The position numbers were made by a program, and so were the translations under genes. A DNA stretch of 64,000 bases from an uncultured Actinomycetota bacterium (GTDB lineage: Bacteria; Actinomycetota; Aquicultoria; CAYFWW01): the NCBI GenBank assembly GCA_964346985.1, contig CAYFWW010000013.1, positions 3,465 to 67,464 on the forward strand, read 5' to 3'. Within the stretch, counting starts at the first letter, position 1. Every line of letters starts with the position of its first letter. The notes under the pieces were generated by a model. The model was not told where the DNA came from. It worked only from the letters and a program-made list of their open reading frames with translations, and did no database searches. This document shows positions 55,516 through 64,000 of the stretch, piece after piece.

Positions 55516-56975
55516 TATAAAGTCACGCCAATCGAACTAAAGATTAGATTTATTATATATCCAACTAGAAAAGCAAAAGGAAGGATAAAAGAGACTATTC
55601 CTAAAGCTGTTTTCAAGCCTCTTTCTTTTACAGTAACTAGAAATTGAGCAATACATGGGACAAATAGTGTAATTGTTACCGAGGCCACAAGAAGCTGTAG
55701 GCCATTCAAAATACCAGCTTCATTAAGCTGGTAAAGACCAGCGGCTCCAAAATCTCTTCTAAAGAATCCAAATATAAATGCAAAGGCTGCATCATTCGGA
55801 AGGCCAATAAACCTGACTAAAGGTTTCACCAGATTGAGTAGAAGCTGAAATAAACCTGTCAGTTGGCCGATCCAGATAATAACGCTGGCGATTAAAAAAA
55901 TTGGAAAGATTTCAAAAAAATACCATTTTATTCTGGTATAAGTTTTAGCCATAACATTTGATACTTTTGGAATTCTCAACGGGGGGATCTCTATATAGAA
56001 ACTGGCTTTTTGGCCGGGGATTATCTTTGAAGCTAGAAAACCTACCAGAAGTAAAACTAATATCACAGATAATGCCCATAAATAGAGGACAACAGGTTTT
56101 ACTGAGAGTATCCCGAAGATTACTCCAAGTTGAGCAGAGCAGGGAATTGCCAAGGCCAGAAGTAGAGTTGAAATCAATCTCTCCCTTTTAGTCTCAAGAG
56201 TTCTGGTTACTAGAGTAGCCATAGTATCGCACCCGAAACCAAGTACCATTGGAATTACAGCTCTTCCACTTAGTCCAATCCTTTTAAATATTCGATCGAT
56301 TAATAAGGCTAACCTTGGAAGATAACCACTATCTTCGATTATTGCAAAGACTAGGGAAAATGTTCCGACGATAGGCAGGATGATGGCTACAGCATATCCA
56401 ATACCAAGTGGTATAAGACCATACTCACCAATTATAAGATCTTGAAAAATTTTATAAGGAATTAAATACTTTATTAACGGTGTGATAGTGGGAATTATAT
56501 ATTCTCCAAAAATTTTACTTTCAAGAAAGTCAACCAATGTGCCAGCTCCAAACACACCAACAAATTGATACAAACCTAAGTAAAGAATAGCCAACAGTAT
56601 TGGGATTCCTGTGATTGGATTTATCATCAAACGGCTAATTATTTCAGCTAGGCTATCTTTGGTTGTCGGTGATTGTTTTACTGTCTTGCTAAATATTTCA
56701 GATGCCTTTTTTTGTCTTTTAATAGTAATCATATAATTTATTGGATGGGTGAACTCTGACTGTACTTTTTTAATCAATTTATCGATCTCTTCAATTGTGC
56801 CAGGTTTCTCTTCATTTTTGACTTGGTCTCTAATCTCACCGTCATTTTGCATAAGGAGCAGGCCTATGGCTCTTTTGGAGACAGAATATTTGTTAGTCAA
56901 AACAAGTTCTATCCGAGCAAGTGTTTCTTCTATAGTTTTTCCATAATTTACTTGCATAAAGTTGTCTGTTGGCAT
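55515..56975 (-). CDS. feoB: FeoB, helical plus membrane (Gate/nucleoside-recognition) portion; frame-shifted relative to the G-domain ORF
   Basis: About 8 TM helices with Gate motifs; N-terminus continues the FeoB helical domain. Confidence 0.7.
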   Translation of the reverse strand: MPTDNFMQVNYGKTIEETLARIELVLTNKYSVSKRAIGLLLMQNDGEIRDQVKNEEKPGTIEEIDKLIKKVQSEFTHPINYMITIKRQKKASEIFSKTVKQSPTTKDSLAEIISRLMINPITGIPILLAILYLGLYQFVGVFGAGTLVDFLESKIFGEYIIPTITPLIKYLIPYKIFQDLIIGEYGLIPLGIGYAVAIILPIVGTFSLVFAIIEDSGYLPRLALLIDRIFKRIGLSGRAVIPMVLGFGCDTMATLVTRTLETKRERLISTLLLALAIPCSAQLGVIFGILSVKPVVLYLWALSVILVLLLVGFLASKIIPGQKASFYIEIPPLRIPKVSNVMAKTYTRIKWYFFEIFPIFLIASVIIWIGQLTGLFQLLLNLVKPLVRFIGLPNDAAFAFIFGFFRRDFGAAGLYQLNEAGILNGLQLLVASVTITLFVPCIAQFLVTVKERGLKTALGIVSFILPFAFLVGYIINLIFSSIGVTL

Positions 56976-57550
56976 TTTTCTATTATTTTTTTCTTTAATT
57001 CCTCTAACCCTTCACCTGTAGTTGATACTGTTCCAACAACTGGCACTCCAAGTTGGCTGCTTATCTTGGTCAAGTTGATCTGCATGCCTCTATCTCGAGC
57101 TTCATCCATGATATTTAACTGAAGAATTAGTGGTAAACCTGCTTCTATCAGCTGGAAGGTTAATAGAAGCATTCTTTGCATATTTTTAGCATCAATTACA
57201 TGGATTACAATATCCGGTTTATCATTAAAAATAATTCTTCTGGCAACTCTTTCTTCCTCTGTTATGGCCTTAAGAGAATACATGCCTGGAGTGTCAATTA
57301 TTTCGAAATTAATATTCTCTATCTGTGCCTTACCTTTAAAAACACTTACAGTTGTTCCTGGATAATTGGAGACAGTAGCATAAGTACCGGTGAAATAGTT
57401 AAATAGTACACTTTTTCCGACATTTGGATTACCGACAAGAACAATTTTTGGCAGGGCGGGATCTGATATGATAGTTTTCTGCCCATGACAGTCAGATCTG
57501 ACTTTATTTTTTGGTTTAGATTTGCTTATCATTATTAAAATATATACCAA
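56948..57550 (-). CDS. feoB: FeoB, N-terminal GTPase (G-domain) portion
   Basis: G1 GNPNVGKS, G3 DTPG, G4; ends in ..EELKKKIIEKCQQTTLCK. The A7 run at 56976-56982 separates the two frames. Confidence 0.7.
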   Translation of the reverse strand: MVYILIMISKSKPKNKVRSDCHGQKTIISDPALPKIVLVGNPNVGKSVLFNYFTGTYATVSNYPGTTVSVFKGKAQIENINFEIIDTPGMYSLKAITEEERVARRIIFNDKPDIVIHVIDAKNMQRMLLLTFQLIEAGLPLILQLNIMDEARDRGMQINLTKISSQLGVPVVGTVSTTGEGLEELKKKIIEKCQQTTLCK

Positions 57551-57950
57551 ATAATATTTTTAGACATACCTAAACATACCATATTAGATCTATGATGTCA
57601 AAAAGTTGATAAAGAATAATGCAAATACTTTTTATGTGCATTGTTAGAGAAGAAAAAGTTATGGTGGGGATTTATTTTTTGAGTCGATTTTTTATTTGTA
57701 TTTCAAGCTTATTCTATTTAGGATTGCCATCTTTAAAAGCATGAAGGAGCTAACCTTCTTATTTTAGTTTAACTTTTATAATAAGAATTTGGTTTATGAA
57801 TTAAACAAACTGAATTTGAACTTTTTAGTGTCAGATTATAGGTTGAAAAAGTCTGTGCATTTTTATAGATGAATTATAAATCTATGATTTTTTTTGGTTT
57901 TTCTTTTAAGTTTATGTATTATTAATAGTGATTCTCCAGGAGGAATAAAA

Positions 57951-58217
57951 ATGTACACAGAAAAACAATCGATGAGAGTAATGATATGCACTAGTCTATA
58001 TAGATTAGAAGGTGATTTTCATGTCTTGCCTGGCAGTAGGCTTACTGACGTGGTTAATGTTAAAACCAAAGACTTTATTCCTCTGACTAATGTTCGTGTC
58101 TTATCGCCAATTGAGGATAAGGTATTAGGGGAAGTTTCTTATACTGCCATAAATAGAGAATCTATAATATTAATCTATCCTGTTGAAAATGTTGACATTG
58201 AAGAAGAGCTTGAGTGA
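57951..58217 (+). CDS. Hypothetical 88-aa protein
   Basis: AGGAGGA RBS 7 nt before the ATG; the ORF-track start at 57894 lacks an RBS. Confidence 0.4.
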   Translation: MYTEKQSMRVMICTSLYRLEGDFHVLPGSRLTDVVNVKTKDFIPLTNVRVLSPIEDKVLGEVSYTAINRESIILIYPVENVDIEEELE

Positions 58218-58259
58218 GAATTTGGATAAGAATTATATAAATTGAACTGATTATAAATC

Positions 58260-59192
58260 ATGATATTAGCAGTTACCCTAAATCCATCGATTGATGTCAT
58301 TTATGTTTCACCCACTTTGAAAATCCGCAGAGTTAATAGAGTAAAAACTTTTGTGCGAAATGCAGGGGGAAAAGGAATAAATTCAGCTTTGGCCCTGAAT
58401 GCATTAGGGGTTGAGGTTATTGCAATGGGTTTTATTGGTGGGGTAAATGGACGTTATGTTGAAGAATATTTAAGAGATAGAGAAGTTACTACTAATTTTG
58501 TTTATGTAGATGATGAAACACGTGTCAATCACGTTATTATAAATAGGAATAACAGATTCCAAACACAGATTCTCGAAGATGGGCCAATTGTAAATGATCA
58601 AAATCTTAAGGACTTTATCGATAGGTATGAACGTACTTTGACTCATTCTGAAATAGTCATAATTGGAGGAAGTGTTCCCCGTAATGTTAATGTCAACATA
58701 TATAGACAATTGGTGGAAATTGCTCAGAAACATGATGTAAAGACAGTTATATATGCTTCAGGAGAAGCTTTTGAGGAAGCAGTTAAACAAGGGCCAAACT
58801 TTGTAATGCCAGACTTACAAGCAGTAGAAAAAATTCTTGGTAAGAAAATAAATACAGAAAATCGAAAAATTTCTGTGGCCCAAAATATCTTCAAATATGG
58901 AGTTGAGGCAGTATTTTATGGTCCAGAGAATTTAGATTATCTTATAGTCAAGCCAGACTGCATCTGGAAAGTAAATGCACCTTCTATTGAAACAGTGAGT
59001 ACGGTTGGAACAGGTGACGCTTTCATTGGGTATCTAGTTGATAAACTTTACAGAAATGAAACTCTTAAGCAGGCTGTTCGCTCTGGAGTAGCTGCCTCTA
59101 CTTCTTGCGCCACTAAAATTGAAAAGGAAATGGTTGACCCAAAAGAAGTTGATAAATATATATCTGAAGTATTAATCAAAGAGGTTGAATAG
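58260..59192 (+). CDS. PfkB-family sugar kinase, 1-phosphofructokinase/tagatose-6-P kinase subfamily
   Basis: MILAVTLNPSIDV.. N-terminus; NAGGKGIN; C-terminal GTGDAFIG. Confidence 0.8.
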   Translation: MILAVTLNPSIDVIYVSPTLKIRRVNRVKTFVRNAGGKGINSALALNALGVEVIAMGFIGGVNGRYVEEYLRDREVTTNFVYVDDETRVNHVIINRNNRFQTQILEDGPIVNDQNLKDFIDRYERTLTHSEIVIIGGSVPRNVNVNIYRQLVEIAQKHDVKTVIYASGEAFEEAVKQGPNFVMPDLQAVEKILGKKINTENRKISVAQNIFKYGVEAVFYGPENLDYLIVKPDCIWKVNAPSIETVSTVGTGDAFIGYLVDKLYRNETLKQAVRSGVAASTSCATKIEKEMVDPKEVDKYISEVLIKEVE

Positions 59193-59641
59193 TGAAAGTT
59201 AAAAAACTTATGACTCGTGACCTTACTTCGGTTACTGAGGAAACAAGCCTGAAAGATGCAGCAAGAATTTTAGCCAGCCATACACTTAGTGGTCTTCCAG
59301 TCGTTGACAATCAACATAAATTGGTAGGATTTATTTCTGAAAGAGACATTATTAAATCAGCCTTTCCGGGCATGTTCGGATCGCGAGATGAATTTATAGT
59401 ACATAATTTTGCTCAATTATATAATCAATTGTCTTCGATAGGAGAAAAATTAGTCAGAGACTTCATGACTAGAGATGTTCAAAGTGTTACAGAAGAAATG
59501 ACTGCCGAGGAAGTCGCAGAATTAATGCTGAATCAAAACTATAAAATAATACCGGTTGTTCGTGATAACCGACTAGTTGGAGTAATAAACAGAGCACAGC
59601 TATGTAGATTTTTGATGGAAAAACCTGAAGAAGAGGACTAA
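59192..59641 (+). CDS. CBS-pair domain protein
   Basis: Two CBS motifs (..LPVVDNQHKLVGFISERDI.. and ..IIPVVRDNRLVGVINRAQL). Confidence 0.75.
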   Translation: MKVKKLMTRDLTSVTEETSLKDAARILASHTLSGLPVVDNQHKLVGFISERDIIKSAFPGMFGSRDEFIVHNFAQLYNQLSSIGEKLVRDFMTRDVQSVTEEMTAEEVAELMLNQNYKIIPVVRDNRLVGVINRAQLCRFLMEKPEEED

Positions 59642-59651
59642 ATATTAAAAG

Positions 59652-60854
59652 ATGAACTTTTTTTTATTAATAGGATTGGCTCTTTTTGTCGGTTTTCAGG
59701 CGGCAAAATCTAGTCAGAGAGTTAAGGTACCTCAAGTTGTGGGTTATATCTTAGCGGGAGTAATTCTGGGCAACTCTTTCTTAAACATTATTTCAATTGA
59801 AACAACCGAAAGATTACAAATAATTAGTAATTTAGCTTTATCTCTTATCGGGTTTATAATAGGCGGCGAATTAAGCAGGCATAATCTAAAAGGTCTCAAA
59901 CGGAATATTCTAGTTATATCTATACTTGAAGCATCCGGTGCCTTTATTCTAGTCTTCCTCTCAATTTATTTGTTTACGAATTCTTTGCCAATTGCTTTGA
60001 TATTTGGGGCACTAGCTTCGGCAACAGCTCCTGCAGCTACGGTCGATGTTCTATGGGAATATAATGCTAAAGGCCCTTTAACGACAACTTTGTTTGCTGT
60101 TGTTGGAGTTGATGATGCTATTGCTATTATCATATTTGGTTTTGCTTCTTCGATAACAAGGGTCTTATTAATAGGAAAAGCATCTCTTACTTTTTCTGAT
60201 GTGCTGGTAGGGCCGACTGCTGAGATTCTTAGTGCTCTTATAACTGGAATTATTATGGCTTTAATACTTAATTTTTTTCTTAAGCGGTTATCTAATCCAT
60301 CAGAGATATTAATCTTAACTTTAGGATTGATCTTACTTGGTACTGGTATTGCCAGTAGATATAATTTCTCATTAATTTTAACTAATATGTTTCTTGGAAT
60401 TACTTTGATTAATATTACTGAAAGAAACCGAATGGTCTTCGAGAATATTAGCCGAATTACACCTCCTATATATCTTATATTCTTTATTCTTGTGGGAACA
60501 AGGTTACAACTGAGTTATTTATTAACTTTAGGAATCCTAGGATTGATCTATGTTCTAATGAGAATTGCTGGCAAAAGCATTGGTGCTTATTTTGGAGCAT
60601 ATTTTTCTAAAGCTCCTGGTGTTGTTCGGAAGTATCTTGGCATATGTTTACTTTCTCAAGCTGGAGTAGCCATTGGGTTAGCAATAGAGGCTTTACATTC
60701 TTTTTCATCTATCAGTAATCAAGGAGCTATTTTAGGGCTCATGGCAATTAATATAATTGCCGGTTCAACTTTCATCTTTCAAGTTTTAGGGCCGCCTTTA
60801 ACCAAGATGGCAATTTTTAAGGCAGGAGAAGCAGAATCCCAAAGACCTGCCTAA
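59652..60854 (+). CDS. Cation:proton antiporter (CPA family, Na+/H+ exchanger-like)
   Basis: 11-12 TM helices; no C-terminal regulatory domain. Confidence 0.7.
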   Translation: MNFFLLIGLALFVGFQAAKSSQRVKVPQVVGYILAGVILGNSFLNIISIETTERLQIISNLALSLIGFIIGGELSRHNLKGLKRNILVISILEASGAFILVFLSIYLFTNSLPIALIFGALASATAPAATVDVLWEYNAKGPLTTTLFAVVGVDDAIAIIIFGFASSITRVLLIGKASLTFSDVLVGPTAEILSALITGIIMALILNFFLKRLSNPSEILILTLGLILLGTGIASRYNFSLILTNMFLGITLINITERNRMVFENISRITPPIYLIFFILVGTRLQLSYLLTLGILGLIYVLMRIAGKSIGAYFGAYFSKAPGVVRKYLGICLLSQAGVAIGLAIEALHSFSSISNQGAILGLMAINIIAGSTFIFQVLGPPLTKMAIFKAGEAESQRPA

Positions 60855-60952
60855 AAAGCATCATTAAGACACCTTTTAAGATAATAATTTGAGTTTACAG
60901 AAATTGTAATCCATGTTATTATGTAAGCGAACATACGTTTGGAGGGGTTTTT

Positions 60953-61393
60953 ATGACTGACGCTTCGCCTAAGCCAGAAATAAAACAACTTAAACTAGTT
61001 TTAGAACATAATATAATAAAAAAAGAGTATAATAGGCTTCTTCAAGAAAATAAGTTTCCAAAACCATTGATTGAGAAGTCATATAAGATTACTGTCCGCA
61101 GGCTTGAGTCTGGCTATAAATCTGCTTTGAAAAAACCAGTAGCTTATTTTAGAGAAGTATTATTTAGAATGCTATTTGAAAACTCGTCCCAAGAAGAAGA
61201 ATTTAAAAATAACAGGATGTTGATTAAAGAGAGAATACTGCTTAAATCTTTTATTAATGATCTTCATGAAGCCGGTTACTCTCGCCTTGAAATTTATAGC
61301 CGATTGTTAGATATTTACGGTGAAAGAATTTCTAATCCGGTTCTTGATGAATTTGAGAAGATTCTACTTAGTTCCAAATGCAAACTGGCCTAG
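60953..61393 (+). CDS. Hypothetical 146-aa protein
   Basis: ORF with GGAGGGG RBS. Confidence 0.4.
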   Translation: MTDASPKPEIKQLKLVLEHNIIKKEYNRLLQENKFPKPLIEKSYKITVRRLESGYKSALKKPVAYFREVLFRMLFENSSQEEEFKNNRMLIKERILLKSFINDLHEAGYSRLEIYSRLLDIYGERISNPVLDEFEKILLSSKCKLA

Positions 61394-61427
61394 TTCTATG
61401 CTTAAATCTACAAAAAATTAATTTAAC

Positions 61428-62447
61428 ATGTTATTCTTAAAATCGATTAATATGCTCGATGATTATTTTTCAATTTTAGCTGGGAAAAAAGAAGCTAAAT
61501 ATTTAAAGACAAAAAAAATATCAATAAAAATTAACGATTATAATAATTTTTCTATCTCTGAGCTTTGGAATATTCATGAAAATATAAATATAGAAGAGAA
61601 TAGATCAGCACAGATATCTGAAAATAGAATAAGTTTATTAGAATTAAAAACTTTTTTGGCAAAGCGCATATTGGATTCATGTTGTTTTTGTGAGAGAAGA
61701 TGTGGGAAAAACCGCTCTCAAGGAGAATTAGGCACATGTGGAGTTGGCATAAAATCAAGGTGTTCCTCTGAATTTCTTCATATGGGTGAGGAAATGGAAC
61801 TTGTTCCTTCCCATACAATATTCTTTTCGGGTTGTACATTTAAGTGTTGTTATTGTCAAAATTGGGATATAGCAATGTACCCTAAGTCCGGAGCGATTGT
61901 TGAACCAGAGAAACTAGTCAAGTCAATTAAAAATAAACATAAGCAAGGATCCAGAAATGTTAATTTTGTTGGAGGAAATCCAGACCCTCATTTGTATACT
62001 ATTCTCCAAATCTTAAAGCAACTTGATTTAAATATTCCAATTGTCTGGAATTCAAATATGTATGCTTCTATAGAGACAATGAAAATATTAAACGGTTTGG
62101 TAGATGTCTTTCTGGGGGATTTCAGATACGGTAATGACAAGTGCGCACAAAAATATTCGAAAATAACAAATTATACTGATATAGTCCAAAGAAATTTTAG
62201 CTTAGCTATAATACAAGCTGAAGTCATGTTAAGACATTTAGTCTTGCCTGGCCATCTTGATTGCTGTACTGAACCGATTATTAAATGGGTAAGTAAAAAT
62301 ATGCCAGATGTCTATTTTAATTTAATGTTCCAATATAGACCTTGTTATCAAGCATCTGAATATCCAGAAATAAACAGAATTCTTTCAGAAGAAGAGAGAA
62401 AGAAAGCTATAGATTTAGCGGAAGCTTATCAAATTAATTTCCGATGA
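61428..62447 (+). CDS. Radical SAM protein, PflX-like (COG1313)
   Basis: CTFKCCYC contains CxxxCxxC; an upstream Cys cluster CCFCERRCG fits PflX-type activase homologs. Confidence 0.6.
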   Translation: MLFLKSINMLDDYFSILAGKKEAKYLKTKKISIKINDYNNFSISELWNIHENINIEENRSAQISENRISLLELKTFLAKRILDSCCFCERRCGKNRSQGELGTCGVGIKSRCSSEFLHMGEEMELVPSHTIFFSGCTFKCCYCQNWDIAMYPKSGAIVEPEKLVKSIKNKHKQGSRNVNFVGGNPDPHLYTILQILKQLDLNIPIVWNSNMYASIETMKILNGLVDVFLGDFRYGNDKCAQKYSKITNYTDIVQRNFSLAIIQAEVMLRHLVLPGHLDCCTEPIIKWVSKNMPDVYFNLMFQYRPCYQASEYPEINRILSEEERKKAIDLAEAYQINFR

Positions 62448-62955
62448 TATTTCCGCTTGAAGTAGCAAGCAACAACATGCCGTCACGTATTCTTACAATC
62501 CAAATTTTAGCCTGGTTAAGTTTCCCCCCTGGTCTACCAGCTACTTGGACTATTATTAATGAATCTTGATTTTCATATTTAGCTTTTTCTACATAAACAG
62601 GCACCATATATATTTTATCTGTTTCAGGATTTACATAATATAAAAATTCAATAAATCTTTCTTTGGGGATTTCAATTTTTTTATTCATGTTTCCTAAAAA
62701 TTCTGTGGCGTCTTCTTTTAAATTGGATCTTTTGTCAGCTTTGTATTCTTTGGCAAAACTCTGGACAATCTCTTTTTTATAAAATTTTGAAAGATCATGT
62801 TTTTGATAATCTTTATTGCTAATGGATAACTGGGGAGACGGTTTTAAACGTAAGCGCCAGAGCAGCTTATTATTTGAGGATACATAAAAATAAACGAGCC
62901 CTAATATTATTAAAAGAGTTAAAATAATTATTAATAAAAAAATAGCTCGTCTCAT
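62434..62955 (-). CDS. Hypothetical protein with N-terminal signal anchor
   Basis: TM helix LLIIILTLLIILGLVYFYV then a soluble domain. Confidence 0.45.
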   Translation of the reverse strand: MRRAIFLLIIILTLLIILGLVYFYVSSNNKLLWRLRLKPSPQLSISNKDYQKHDLSKFYKKEIVQSFAKEYKADKRSNLKEDATEFLGNMNKKIEIPKERFIEFLYYVNPETDKIYMVPVYVEKAKYENQDSLIIVQVAGRPGGKLNQAKIWIVRIRDGMLLLATSSGNIIGN

Positions 62956-63005
62956 TTTAATTTCTGGGTATTAATTTATATTGACTATAATAATAACATT
63001 ATTTA

Positions 63006-63761
63006 TTGGATTTTTTTGAAAGAAAAAACAGAGGACCTGTGATGAATTGGACAAATATTGACTTGCATACACATTCACCGGAAGTCGATGATTACCGGGG
63101 TAATATTAATACATCTCCTAAACAGATATTAACAAAATCAATAGAAAAAAACCTTGATATTATTGCAATTACTGATCACTCAGTAGCTAGTTACATAAAA
63201 AAAGTGGAAGCTACCCTGGAAGAGAATCAAGATTTTAAAGATAGAATATACATAATCCATGGAACCGAAATAAAGATAAATTACCAAGATGAGCAGATTC
63301 ATCTACTCATCTATTTTCCGCCAGAAATTGCCGAAGAATCTTTTGTTGAATTATTTAATTTTTCTGGAGTAACTGAATCGAATAAACAAGGGCTAAATCC
63401 GGAAAATATTATACTTCCGGTTAACCCATATCAGATTTTAGAGAAAGTCCAATCCTATAATGGATTTGTAGTCATTGCCCATGCAGATAGAAAGCTAATT
63501 AAACTTAGAAATATAGATGGGAAACTTTTATATAATCTATCTAAGAGTCAAACAGTTTTGGCTGTTGAGATAGAAAAGTTAGAATCAAAAAAAATTATTA
63601 ATGGTAGAATAAAAAACTTAGTATTTTGTTCTGACTCCCATGCCCTTAAAGAAATAGGAAGAAGGTATAGTCAGATTCTTCTGCCTGAAATTTCATTTAA
63701 AGGTTTAAAAGAAGGCCTTCTTTTTCACAAAAATGACTCTCAAGATATCTTGCTAATCTAA
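63006..63761 (+). CDS. PHP-domain metal-dependent phosphoesterase
   Basis: IDLHTHS...IAITDHS motifs. Confidence 0.7.
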   Translation: MDFFERKNRGPVMNWTNIDLHTHSPEVDDYRGNINTSPKQILTKSIEKNLDIIAITDHSVASYIKKVEATLEENQDFKDRIYIIHGTEIKINYQDEQIHLLIYFPPEIAEESFVELFNFSGVTESNKQGLNPENIILPVNPYQILEKVQSYNGFVVIAHADRKLIKLRNIDGKLLYNLSKSQTVLAVEIEKLESKKIINGRIKNLVFCSDSHALKEIGRRYSQILLPEISFKGLKEGLLFHKNDSQDILLI

Positions 63762-64000
63762 GTTATCAAGTGAAAAAGGAACAAGTTTCTCAGGCCTAAC
63801 CAAAGATTCTTCAGCAGTTGGTTTAAGGCTTTGCAGCTTAGCCCGCCCAGAAAAATTTAAGGCTATAGGCATAAGGTCCCTTCCTTTTATTAGCCCTAAG
63901 CCGCCCTGAGCGCAATCTATCTCATTATAATTTTGTACTTTATCCCGGCTGACGTACTTTCCTTTAATAGCTATTGGAACATTTTCACCGGAGTGAATCT
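63756..64000 (-). CDS. Partial CDS (C-terminal ~80 aa), start beyond window end; unknown function
   Basis: Open minus-strand frame ...SGENVPIAIKGKYVSRDKVQNYNEIDCAQGGLGLIKGRDLMPIAL...FSLDNLD ending at TAG 63756-63758. Confidence 0.35.

Overview
AT-rich (roughly one-third GC by eye) bacterial chromosomal segment in the standard genetic code, apparently from an anaerobe: it encodes a Flp/Tad pilus, a multihaem c-type cytochrome, a rubrerythrin-like protein, a nitroreductase and a PflX-type radical-SAM enzyme, and carries a PPi-type PFK signature. All gene and domain assignments are my by-eye reading of the translated ORFs against remembered family motifs, not search results. Order along the window:
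- 1-5.4 kb: a cell-envelope block (ferredoxin fragment, secreted protein, O-antigen-ligase/TPR protein, LCP-LysM protein).
- 5.5-8.2 kb: a glycolytic pair (PFK with the PPi-type signature, class II FBA) and a HAD hydrolase; tRNA-Phe at 8.5 kb.
- 8.9-12.9 kb: a polysaccharide block (GH26-like secreted enzyme with four ~100-aa tandem repeats, a GT2, and a frameshifted polysaccharide deacetylase).
- 13.2-16.4 kb: an operon headed by an unusual HMGL-like synthase fused to a Cache/PAS-like sensor, followed by a HAD phosphatase, a membrane zinc-ribbon coiled-coil protein and small proteins.
- 17.2-25.2 kb: a complete Flp/Tad pilus locus (flp, tadE, tadG, cpaB, tadZ, tadA, tadB, tadC) ending in a DUF4388/PATAN protein, with no secretin or prepilin peptidase in the window.
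- 25.3-26.1 kb: an XRE/ImmA pair.
- 26.4-34.3 kb: a dense two-component block (2 GAF-HisKA_3 kinases, 3 NarL-type regulators, 2 REC-only proteins) plus a small wHTH-like protein that has a paralog upstream of flp.
- 34.7-41.6 kb: CDF transporter, FlgM-like protein, degenerate-GGDEF/EAL protein, PG-binding protein, YjbQ, HDAC.
- 40.4-45.2 kb: three PilT-family retraction ATPases, interspersed with an FmdB zinc-ribbon gene that has a textbook promoter/operator and a DUF302-like gene with an in-frame TGA.
- 45.3-64 kb: a lipoprotein pentahaem cytochrome c, NifU-like and rubrerythrin-like genes, an MFS transporter, nitroreductase, PfpI, an ars cluster (ACR3, ArsC) next to tRNA-Pro, an iron cluster (FTR1, a DtxR-FeoA fusion, and feoB split at an A7 run), a PfkB kinase, a CBS protein, a CPA antiporter, a PflX-like radical-SAM protein and a PHP protein.
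No CRISPR array or obvious transposase was seen.
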